From Flavobacteriaceae bacterium (lineage in GTDB: Bacteria > Bacteroidota > Bacteroidia > Flavobacteriales > Flavobacteriaceae): a DNA stretch of 64,000 nt. Where the stretch lies: contig CBFHRX010000001.1 in NCBI GenBank assembly GCA_965658355.1, positions 4,637 through 68,636 on the forward strand. The letters run 5' to 3'. Below, one piece after another: positions 19,890 to 27,694 of this stretch. Numbering within the stretch: position 1 is the stretch's first letter; every line of letters begins with the position of its first letter. A program made the translations under genes and the position numbers. The notes beneath the pieces were generated by a model. That model was not told the DNA's origin. It ran no database searches and worked only from the letters and a program-made list of their open reading frames with translations.

Positions 19890-20362
19890 TCGAGCTCTAG
19901 TTCCATTTTAATATTACCACGCTGATACGGACACTCCTGTTCCAAGGGGACTTCAATGTAGCCGTATTTCCGATAAAGATGGATTGAATTTTCCAAGCTC
20001 GTATTAGAGTACAAGACGATTTTTTTCCAGTGATGCTGCTCGGCAAATCGATTGGAGAAAGCCATCATTTGGTTCCCAATACCATTTCCTCTATGCGATT
20101 TCCGAACAGCCATTTTAGTAAGTTCATAGACGCCTTCTGTTATTTTCATAAAGGCAAAAGTTCCGACCACCCTCTTCTCTTGAAGGACAAAAAAAATAAA
20201 GCCACCAGGGTCTAGGATTTGTGCTTCGCAGTCTTCTAATACTTTTTTATCGTAAGGCTCAACTTCAAAATATTCTTCAAGCCAATCCAAGTTTAGAGCG
20301 ATAAACTCTTGCTTGTATTTTTCTTGAAAAGGGACAAATTGAATATTAGGCGCCACGTCCAA
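19886..20362 (-). CDS. GNAT family N-acetyltransferase
   Basis: 158 aa. Acetyl-CoA-binding motif [15 protein letters not shown] (R/QxxGxG/A). Confidence 0.8.
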   Translation of the reverse strand: MDVAPNIQFVPFQEKYKQEFIALNLDWLEEYFEVEPYDKKVLEDCEAQILDPGGFIFFVLQEKRVVGTFAFMKITEGVYELTKMAVRKSHRGNGIGNQMMAFSNRFAEQHHWKKIVLYSNTSLENSIHLYRKYGYIEVPLEQECPYQRGNIKMELELD

Positions 20363-21743
20363 TCATTTCTTCGGGACGAACCCATTGGTCGAACTCTTCT
20401 TCTGTTAAATAGTCTAATGCCAATGCAGCTTCTTTGAGAGTACTCCCATCTTCGTGAGCCTTGTTGGCGATTTCAGCTGCTTTGTAATACCCAATTTTTG
20501 TATTTAAAGCAGTCACGAGCATCAAGGAATTTTGAAGCATTTCTTCAATTCTTTTGTGATTGGGTTGGATGCCTACTACGCAATTATCAGCAAAACTCAC
20601 ACAAGCATCTCCAATCAAGCTTGCCGATTGGATAATATTCGCCGCCATCACCGGTTTGAAGACATTGAGTTCATAATGCCCCTGGGCACCACCAAAAGTA
20701 AGAGCTACGTCATTTCCTACCACTTGAGCACAAACCATCGTCAGAGCTTCACTTTGGGTTGGATTCACTTTACCCGGCATAATAGAGCTACCTGGCTCAT
20801 TCGCTGGAATACTGATTTCTCCAATCCCTGAGCGAGGACCTGAGGCTAGTAAGCGAATGTCATTGGCAATTTTATTCAAAGACACCGCCATTTGTTTGAG
20901 GGCTCCATGAGACTCGACCAAGGCATCGTGTGCAGCCAAAGCTTCAAATTTATTTTGGGCAGAAACAAAGGGATGTCCTGTAAAATCGGCAATGTATTGG
21001 GCTACTTTTTGGGAATAGCCTTCTGGCGTATTGATCCCTGTTCCTACAGCAGTTCCCCCCAAGGCAAGTTCGGATAAGTGGGGAAGTGTATTCTCAAGGG
21101 CCTTTATCCCGTGGTCAAGCTGTGATACATAACCTGAAAACTCTTGCCCCAAAGTAAGAGGTGTCGCATCCATTAGGTGGGTTCTACCAATTTTGACCAC
21201 CTTTGCAAATGCTTCCGCTTTGGCATGCAATGCTTCACGAAGTTTTCGAATTCCTGGAAGGGTATGGGCTACTATTTTGTCATAAGCAGCGATATGCATT
21301 CCCGTCGGGAAAGTGTCATTAGAAGATTGTGACTTGTTGACATCATCATTAGGTTGTAAGGTTTTATCCCCTTCACCTAATGTTTTTCCAGCCAATACAT
21401 GGGCTCTGTTGGCAATCACTTCATTTACATTCATATTGCTTTGAGTACCTGAGCCAGTTTGCCAAATCACGAGTGGAAATTGATCATCGTGGTCTCCCGC
21501 TAAAATCTCATCACATACTTGAACGATTAAATCACGCTTCGAAGCCTCGAGTACCCCCAAATCACAATTGGTATGTGCTGCCGCTTTTTTCAAATGTGCA
21601 AACCCATAAATGACCTCTAATGGCATGGAAGCAGCGGCTCCAATTTTAAAATTTGAACGTGAGCGTTCCGTTTGTGCTCCCCAATATACATTAGAAGGCA
21701 CCTTAACTTCCCCTAGGGTATCTTTTTCGATTCGATATGACAT
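20346..21743 (-). CDS. fumC: class II fumarate hydratase
   Basis: Signature [12 protein letters not shown]-terminus [26 protein letters not shown]. 465 aa. Confidence 0.96.
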   Translation of the reverse strand: MSYRIEKDTLGEVKVPSNVYWGAQTERSRSNFKIGAAASMPLEVIYGFAHLKKAAAHTNCDLGVLEASKRDLIVQVCDEILAGDHDDQFPLVIWQTGSGTQSNMNVNEVIANRAHVLAGKTLGEGDKTLQPNDDVNKSQSSNDTFPTGMHIAAYDKIVAHTLPGIRKLREALHAKAEAFAKVVKIGRTHLMDATPLTLGQEFSGYVSQLDHGIKALENTLPHLSELALGGTAVGTGINTPEGYSQKVAQYIADFTGHPFVSAQNKFEALAAHDALVESHGALKQMAVSLNKIANDIRLLASGPRSGIGEISIPANEPGSSIMPGKVNPTQSEALTMVCAQVVGNDVALTFGGAQGHYELNVFKPVMAANIIQSASLIGDACVSFADNCVVGIQPNHKRIEEMLQNSLMLVTALNTKIGYYKAAEIANKAHEDGSTLKEAALALDYLTEEEFDQWVRPEEMIGRGA

Positions 21744-21830
21744 GTAGTATTTCCTTTTTGATTTACACTTACAAAAATATGATTCATAGGATTAATGAAT
21801 TCATTTTTAGTTGTATTTTTGTGCTAAACT

Positions 21831-22004
21831 ATGGATATGTTTGAATTTGATCAATACCTTGGATTTCTCGCTTTCTTAAGCATACTGACAATCGGCTTTT
21901 GGCTGATGATTTTCTTACTCACCTTTGTGATTCCTTACTGGCTATTTGGTGCCGCTAAAGAACGCTTTGATGAATGGCGTGAAGCCAACAAACAAAAAGA
22001 ATAA
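21831..22004 (+). CDS. small membrane protein (57 aa), not in ORF track
   Basis: Hand translation: MDMFEFDQYLGFLAFLSILTIGFWLMIFLLTFVIPYWLFGAAKERFDEWREANKQKE. It has two hydrophobic segments and a charged tail, and ends at a strong hairpin terminator. Confidence 0.45.
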   Translation: MDMFEFDQYLGFLAFLSILTIGFWLMIFLLTFVIPYWLFGAAKERFDEWREANKQKE

Positions 22005-22032
22005 AAAAAGAGCCTCTAAAGGCTCTTTTTTT
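22003..22032. terminator. bidirectional intrinsic terminator
   Basis: A7 run, then agagcc-tctaaa-ggctct, then T7 run. It lies between the convergent small ORF (+) and the TonB-dependent receptor (-). Confidence 0.75.
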
Positions 22033-22037
22033 GTGTG

Positions 22038-24524
22038 TTAATATCCGTAACCTCCATCGTCACCTCCACCATCGTTGTTACCTCCGCGTCTTCCACGTTG
22101 GTTCTTTTTCTGGTTTAAGCGATAGGTAAATGTAGCAATATAGGTAGGTTGTCTCCTTTGATACTCGGTGTAACTATTAAAAGTATCCGTAAAAGTATCG
22201 GTCATAAATCGTTGCGTATTAAAGACATCACTGATACGGAACGAAAGTGTCCCCTTGTCTTTAAAGATATCTTTGTTAATGGCTGTAGAAAGTCCTCCGA
22301 ATGGCTTGCTCTCTGATTGGGCAGTGATACGGGGTCCTCTAAAGAAAACTTGATTTTGCCAGCTAATACCTTTTCCAAAATTGATGCTGGAAATAAATCG
22401 AGAAGACCAGCTGACATTTTTAGCATCAAACACAAAACCATTATAAGTTCCAATTACCTCACTGCTAAAAACGTTGAAGTTAATATTGAGTCTGACTTTA
22501 CGGGAAGGGGTATAGGTTAGATTGGCTTCTCCACCATAACGTATGTTTTTGGATAAGTTAATCGGACCTCTTCTCAATACGGGTACTTCGACAAGATTAG
22601 AATCTGGATCGTTTGGATCACCACTAATCGCTACTCTATCTCCGGTGTCTTCATTTACGAATGTAAAGTTATTCGTTGTCAGTTGATAGTATATGGAGCT
22701 GTTGAAAGTAAATTTATCATAGCGTTTTAAATAGCCTAAATCAAAACTTCCAGTACTAGCAGGGTCTAAATCTGGGTTCCCCTGAAAGAAATTGGTGATA
22801 CTATTTCGAGAGGGGAATGGATTCAGGAAAAAACCTCTGGGTCGGCGAATTCGTTTGGCATAGCCAAGGGTAATATTTTCGCGTTCCCCAAACTCGTATG
22901 ATAAATTCACAGTCGGAAACCAATTTGTATAGCGCTTATTGGTATAATCATTGGTGGTTTGTTGATCGATTACAATATTTGAATCTTCCATTCGCAATCC
23001 CAGTAGGATTGAAAATTTGTCCAACTTCTTTCCAAATTGCCCATAAGCGGCATTGACGTATTCTTTATATACCAAAAGATTGGTGAGGTCAAAGTCCACC
23101 GTTCTTACATTATCCTTTAAAAAGGCAACCTCATAATCTGTTTGTATGGTATTAAAGGTTCCTCTGTATCCCAATTCAATCTGGGTATTTTCATCCAATG
23201 GATAGACATAATCAACCTGTGCTAGAATTCGTTTTTGTGATTCTAGTGTCGTAACCTCTTCACTGTTGTTGATTCTGTTCTCAGGGAAAGTTTGAAAACT
23301 CGTAATTTCTGCCAGTTGATCTTCAGTACTTTCCTCGTATTGATAGGTAGCACTGATTTCATGCCCTTTGTCGTTAAATTTCTTATCATACAATCCAGAG
23401 ATTTGAAACGATTCATCCAATTCAGGCTCGTATTGATCTCGTTGGTTAGAGGTAATAATAGCACCCCCGATATTGGTGAGCTCTTCAATCGTAACACTAC
23501 CATCATTGAGGCCATTGTTGTCTCTGTAGAACCCATTTAATGTAAAACTACTGCTGTCATCTATGTAATATTCAGTACCAAGAGATAAAAAGACTTGATC
23601 TCTCTCTCTAGTGGTTTTAGAAGTTTCATATAGGAAGCTACTAGGGTCCTCCCCATTGAAATATTCATTTTCACTCAATCCACGGCTGATATTGGTTCTT
23701 CTTCCAATCGTGTTGGTAGAAAATAAATTTATTTTTTGGGTTTTATAATTCACGGTAGCAGTGCCTCTATAAGATTCTGGTACACCTCCGTTTAGGTTAA
23801 AGTTGCCATTAAAGCCAGCTCTTTCTTGTTTCTTCAGAATAATATTAAGAATACCACCGGTGCCTTCCGCATCGTATCGAGCAGAAGGGGAGGTAATCAC
23901 TTCTACTTTCTCGATAGACTCAGAGGGCAATTGTCGTAAGCCGTCCGGACCTGATATCCCGACAAGACCAGAGGGTTTTCCGTTGATCAGGATGCGTACA
24001 TTGTTATTTCCTCTTAGTGCCACATTGCCTTCTACATCCACCGTAATAGAGGGGATGTTGCCTAATACATCGGCAACACTACCGCCTCGAACTGTAATGT
24101 CTTTACCCACATTGTAGATCCTTTTGTCAAGTCTAATTTCTACTTGAGTTTGCTCACCAATCAGTTCAACCTCATCTAGTTCGTTGGTATCAATTTCTAA
24201 GGCTACCGTTCCTAAATCTAGATTGGATCGAATTAATACCTCTTCTTGGGTATTTGGTACAAAACTGATGTATTCAATTAAGATTGTATAGCGACCTGGG
24301 AATGATTCAATTTTGAAATTCCCATTCGCATCGGTAATCCCTCCCTGAATTAAATCAGGGCGTCTGTCATTTTTTAAAGTAATGGTAGCGTATTCTAAGG
24401 GTTGATTGGTTTCTTTATCAATTACTTTTCCGCTCACACTAAATTTTGGAGGACCAGCTGGTCTTTGCCCAAAGGCAAAAAAGAGTCCCATCAGGAATAG
24501 AATTCCAAATTGTTTGATTTTCAT
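22038..24524 (-). CDS. TonB-dependent outer-membrane receptor with carboxypeptidase-regulatory-like N-terminal domain
   Basis: Signal peptide MKIKQFGILFLMGLFFAFGQ. CarboxypepD_reg-like segment VSGKVIDKETNQPLEYATITL. Plug region SVADVLGNIPSITVD...VRILINGKP...IEKVEVITSPSARYDAEGTGGILNIILKK. A long beta-barrel ends in an aromatic residue. Confidence 0.88.
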   Translation of the reverse strand: MKIKQFGILFLMGLFFAFGQRPAGPPKFSVSGKVIDKETNQPLEYATITLKNDRRPDLIQGGITDANGNFKIESFPGRYTILIEYISFVPNTQEEVLIRSNLDLGTVALEIDTNELDEVELIGEQTQVEIRLDKRIYNVGKDITVRGGSVADVLGNIPSITVDVEGNVALRGNNNVRILINGKPSGLVGISGPDGLRQLPSESIEKVEVITSPSARYDAEGTGGILNIILKKQERAGFNGNFNLNGGVPESYRGTATVNYKTQKINLFSTNTIGRRTNISRGLSENEYFNGEDPSSFLYETSKTTRERDQVFLSLGTEYYIDDSSSFTLNGFYRDNNGLNDGSVTIEELTNIGGAIITSNQRDQYEPELDESFQISGLYDKKFNDKGHEISATYQYEESTEDQLAEITSFQTFPENRINNSEEVTTLESQKRILAQVDYVYPLDENTQIELGYRGTFNTIQTDYEVAFLKDNVRTVDFDLTNLLVYKEYVNAAYGQFGKKLDKFSILLGLRMEDSNIVIDQQTTNDYTNKRYTNWFPTVNLSYEFGERENITLGYAKRIRRPRGFFLNPFPSRNSITNFFQGNPDLDPASTGSFDLGYLKRYDKFTFNSSIYYQLTTNNFTFVNEDTGDRVAISGDPNDPDSNLVEVPVLRRGPINLSKNIRYGGEANLTYTPSRKVRLNINFNVFSSEVIGTYNGFVFDAKNVSWSSRFISSINFGKGISWQNQVFFRGPRITAQSESKPFGGLSTAINKDIFKDKGTLSFRISDVFNTQRFMTDTFTDTFNSYTEYQRRQPTYIATFTYRLNQKKNQRGRRGGNNDGGGDDGGYGY

Positions 24525-24554
24525 AGCTTTTTTAAATTATAGTTTTTTTAATGT

Positions 24555-24584
24555 TTATTCCTCTTCCTCTTATTCCTCTTCTTC
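24555..24584. repeat. 15-nt direct tandem duplication spanning a stop codon
   Basis: ttattcctcttcctc (24555-24569) and ttattcctcttcttc (24570-24584) match at 14 of 15 positions. On the minus strand this reads ...GAAGAAGAGGAATAA|GAGGAAGAGGAATAA. Confidence 0.6.
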
Positions 24585-25025
24585 TTTCTCTCTTTCTTTT
24601 CGCATCTTTTTTATCAATCGTTGGCGAAAGCGATGTTCTAGATGCTGTAGTTGGACTGTTTTTTTAGCTCCGATAATGGAGATGAATTGCTGTAGCACTT
24701 CCTTTTTTTGGAGTAGGAATTGAATTTCTTTCTCGTTTTGTTGGTCTAAGAAGAGTTGGGCTTCTTGCTCTGTCATTTGAGACAGACTGTCTTGAAGCAT
24801 TTTGTGTTCTTTGTAATAGGCTCGATGCAAGCTGTCTTTTTTGTTATCATATACTCTGAACAAAGGCCAGAATTTTTCTGCTTCTTCTATGCTTAAATCA
24901 AGTTCTTCTGTAAAAAAAGAAATCTTGTATGCTTTTACCTTTTTATGATGGTTTTTATGTTGTGAAAAACCAGCTAACTGTCCTCCTATTAAGAGGATTA
25001 CCATTAAAACTCTTTTAGTATTCAT
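24570..25025 (-). CDS. periplasmic helical protein (Spy/CpxP- or metal-resistance-like), third gene of the ECF sigma unit
   Basis: Signal peptide MNTKRVLMVILLIGGQLAGFSQ. Charged helical body with LSIEEAEKFWPLF and MTEQEAQLF motifs, and a KEREKEEEE tail. Start is ATG 25025 or 25034. It overlaps the upstream gene's stop. Confidence 0.65.
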   Translation of the reverse strand: MNTKRVLMVILLIGGQLAGFSQHKNHHKKVKAYKISFFTEELDLSIEEAEKFWPLFRVYDNKKDSLHRAYYKEHKMLQDSLSQMTEQEAQLFLDQQNEKEIQFLLQKKEVLQQFISIIGAKKTVQLQHLEHRFRQRLIKKMRKEREKEEEE

Positions 25026-25437
25026 CAGTGTCATTTTCGTTTAACCAATAGGCCTGATCTTCCAGGACCAAAAACTCTTTTACAGCTTCAGGAGTCAATT
25101 CCTCTTCATGCCATCCCCATGTAAATTCATCACTTAATTCGGTAAAGGCAGCATCGAGGTATCTTTCGGCTTCATAATCCATACTGAGGTATCCGGCAAT
25201 CTGGTCGTTTTTTAGATCTTCAATAGAAGGAGAAGTCATATAGCTAGTATAATAGCCTATACTTCCCATTAATAGGATAAAGCTAGCCGCAACCGACCCT
25301 TTACTAATGGAAGGCCAAAGTTGGATTTCTTTTGTTCGTTGGGGTTCTATTCCCAATTCGGAGAATACACGTTTCTCCAAATCCTCAAAATAAGAGGGAG
25401 GGGGCGTAGGGCGTTTAAAAGGGTAATTTGCTTTCAT
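25015..25437 (-). CDS. single-pass membrane protein, putative anti-sigma factor
   Basis: 140 aa. Short cytoplasmic N-terminus, one TM (VAASFILLMGSIGYY) and an acidic C-terminal domain. It starts 33 nt downstream of the ECF sigma gene. No zinc anti-sigma (HxxxCxxC) motif. Confidence 0.5.
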   Translation of the reverse strand: MKANYPFKRPTPPPSYFEDLEKRVFSELGIEPQRTKEIQLWPSISKGSVAASFILLMGSIGYYTSYMTSPSIEDLKNDQIAGYLSMDYEAERYLDAAFTELSDEFTWGWHEEELTPEAVKEFLVLEDQAYWLNENDTDEY

Positions 25438-25470
25438 TGCAACTATTAGATTTGTATTTCGGAAAAAGGT

Positions 25471-26010
25471 TTAAGACGATTTTAAAAATTCTTTTACTTT
25501 TTTTTGAGCATGATGATGTAAGGCTTTTACATTACCCAGTGAAGTACCTAATATTTCTGCTATAGCCTTTAGTTTCAGGTTTTGGTCATAATGCATGGAA
25601 AAGACCAAGGCTTGTCTGTGAGGAAGCTGTGAAAGGGCTCGCTCAAGCTTTTTTTCCGCATTTGATAGATCAAAATGAGAATCTGCCTTTAGTTGCTCCA
25701 GAGTCGATTGCCGAATGTCATCAACGGAAACGTTTTTGTGTTTGGCTTCTTTTTTAAGAAAGCCAAGAGCTTCATTTGTCGCGATTCGATACAGCCATGT
25801 ATAGAGGGCACTGTTTCCTTGAAATTGTTCGATGTTGTGGTATACTTTGATAAAGGTGTTCTGAAGGATATCATCCGTAAATGTGGGGTTGTGGACGATA
25901 CTTATGATGTGATAATACAATCGTTCTTTGTAGCTGTCAAATAAATAGGTAAACCCCTTGACCTTTGTTTCTGGATGCTGTAAAAGGGATAAAAGTTTGG
26001 CTTCTGTCAA
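25471..26010 (-). CDS. RNA polymerase ECF-type sigma-70 family factor
   Basis: 179 aa. Region 2 (ERLYYHIISIV...DILQNTFIKVY, YTWLYRIATNEA) and a region 4 HTH (LKAIAEILGTSLGNVKALHHHAQKKV). TTG start. Confidence 0.88.
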   Translation of the reverse strand: MTEAKLLSLLQHPETKVKGFTYLFDSYKERLYYHIISIVHNPTFTDDILQNTFIKVYHNIEQFQGNSALYTWLYRIATNEALGFLKKEAKHKNVSVDDIRQSTLEQLKADSHFDLSNAEKKLERALSQLPHRQALVFSMHYDQNLKLKAIAEILGTSLGNVKALHHHAQKKVKEFLKSS

Positions 26011-26053
26011 GCGTGATTATTTGATTGATTAGACCCTTTGGGTATAAAAAGGT

Positions 26054-26404
26054 TTAATTCCCTTTTAAAAAGGAGATCAGATTTTCCAATGGTCGCCCTA
26101 GGACACCGCCTTTCCCTTCAATGATAATAGGCCTTTCAATGAGTCTGGGATTTTCTGCCAATAGGGTGAGTATTTCAGACTCAGAAAGGTCTTTGCCCTT
26201 GAATTCTTGTTTCCAAAGAGTTTCTTGTGTTCGGACTACTTCGGAGGGCTTTTTATCAATAAAAGCCAATACTTCTTTCCATTCAGAAAGCTGTAAGGGG
26301 TTTTTGAGGTATTCGATGATCTCTATAGCATAGTCTTTTTCTTGAAGATAGTGCAGTGCTTCTCTCGATTTTCGACAGCGGCTGTTATGATAGATTTTTA
26401 GCAT
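26054..26404 (-). CDS. ArsC/Spx/YffB-family reductase-like protein
   Basis: 116 aa. N-terminus MLKIYHNSRCRKSREALHYL with the family Cys, and C-terminal LIERPII. Confidence 0.8.
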   Translation of the reverse strand: MLKIYHNSRCRKSREALHYLQEKDYAIEIIEYLKNPLQLSEWKEVLAFIDKKPSEVVRTQETLWKQEFKGKDLSESEILTLLAENPRLIERPIIIEGKGGVLGRPLENLISFLKGN

Positions 26405-26414
26405 GGTGTAAAAA

Positions 26415-26444
26415 TAAAAAAACCTGCATTATGCAGGTTTTTTT
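26415..26444 (-). terminator. intrinsic terminator downstream of rplT
   Basis: Palindrome aacctgcat-t-atgcaggtt flanked by A and T runs, 22 nt after the rplT stop. Confidence 0.75.
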
Positions 26445-26465
26445 AACGAGTAGTTGTTGGTGAAT

Positions 26466-26810
26466 TTATTTTACTTTATCAACGACAGCTTTGAATGCTT
26501 CTGGGTGATTCATCGCTAAATCGGCGAGCACCTTACGGTTGAGCTCAATATTATGGGCTTTTACTTTCCCCATAAATTGACTGTAGGACATACCGTGTAG
26601 TCTAGCACCTGCATTGATACGAGCAATCCAAAGTGCTCTGAAATTTCTTTTTTTGACACGTCTGTCACGATAGGCATAGCTCATCGCTTTGTCAACTGCA
26701 TTTTTAGCAACTGTCCAAACGTTTTTTCGTCTGCCAAAGTACCCTTTGGCTTGTTTTAAGATTTTTTTACGTCGCGCTCTTGAAGCGACTGAATTTACTG
26801 ATCTTGGCAT
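26466..26810 (-). CDS. rplT: 50S ribosomal protein L20
   Basis: [30 protein letters not shown]... 114 aa, in the infC-rpmI-rplT context. Confidence 0.97.
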   Translation of the reverse strand: MPRSVNSVASRARRKKILKQAKGYFGRRKNVWTVAKNAVDKAMSYAYRDRRVKKRNFRALWIARINAGARLHGMSYSQFMGKVKAHNIELNRKVLADLAMNHPEAFKAVVDKVK

Positions 26811-26897
26811 AATTTTAAATTTTTTTGATAAGGGCGGTTTTTAAAACACTTTTAAGAGCCCTCTATCAGGGTTTAACAAATTTGTAACCGTTGCGTC

Positions 26898-27095
26898 TTA
26901 CTTAAGGCGCAATTGTTCTTTGATGCTGTTCACGTCACTGTCATGGACTAATCCAGAATGCGTCAATTTTAGTTTTCGCTTTTTGGATTTTTTAGTCAAG
27001 ATGTGACTTTTGAACGCATGCTTTCTTTTGATTTTACCAGAGCCGGTAAGCTTAAAACGCTTTTTGGCACTGGATTTTGTTTTCATCTTTGGCAT
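26898..27095 (-). CDS. rpmI: 50S ribosomal protein L35
   Basis: [36 protein letters not shown]. 65 aa. Confidence 0.96.
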   Translation of the reverse strand: MPKMKTKSSAKKRFKLTGSGKIKRKHAFKSHILTKKSKKRKLKLTHSGLVHDSDVNSIKEQLRLK

Positions 27096-27126
27096 GATGT
27101 TCTTTTAATTGATTACTACTCGATAC

Positions 27127-27672
27127 TTATTTTTTGGGCGCTATGAACATAATCATTCGCTTTCCTTCCAGTTTTGGCAATTGTTCAACCTTCCCGTATT
27201 CTTCAAGGTCTTGTGCTAGTCGTAGCAATAAGATTTGTCCTTGCTCTTTAAAAACGATTGAGCGTCCTTTGAAAAAAACAAAGGCCTTTAATTTAGCTCC
27301 TTCGCTCAAAAACTTAATGGCATGTTTTTTCTTGAATTCATAATCATGCTCATCGGTTTGAGGTCCAAAGCGAATTTCTTTGATCGTTACTTTCGTAGCC
27401 TTTGACTTCAGTGCTTTCTCTCTTTTCTTCTGTTCGTATAGAAATTTCTTGTATTCAAGAATTTTACAAACAGGGGGATTGGCTTTGGGGGATATTTCCA
27501 CCAAATCCAACTCCATCTCTTTAGCGAAACTGAGTGCTTTGTTAAGCCTGTAAACCCCAACTTCAATGTTATCACCGACTAAGCGCACTTCTTGTGCTGT
27601 GATTTTTTCATTGATGCGGTGCGGATCTTCTTTGATCACACGACCGGGGCGGTTCGTTCTTCGTCTACGTAT
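27127..27672 (-). CDS. infC: translation initiation factor IF-3 (probable non-canonical ATA start)
   Basis: [18 protein letters not shown]... followed by IF3 N- and C-domains. The frame is open upstream of the track's GTG (27639) and encodes a basic N-terminus, [14 protein letters not shown]. The only start-like codons before the in-frame TAA (27685-27687) are ATA at 27672 and 27678. Confidence 0.85.
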   Translation of the reverse strand: MRRRRTNRPGRVIKEDPHRINEKITAQEVRLVGDNIEVGVYRLNKALSFAKEMELDLVEISPKANPPVCKILEYKKFLYEQKKREKALKSKATKVTIKEIRFGPQTDEHDYEFKKKHAIKFLSEGAKLKAFVFFKGRSIVFKEQGQILLLRLAQDLEEYGKVEQLPKLEGKRMIMFIAPKK

Positions 27673-27694
27673 TGCTATAACTTCTTATTTTTAA

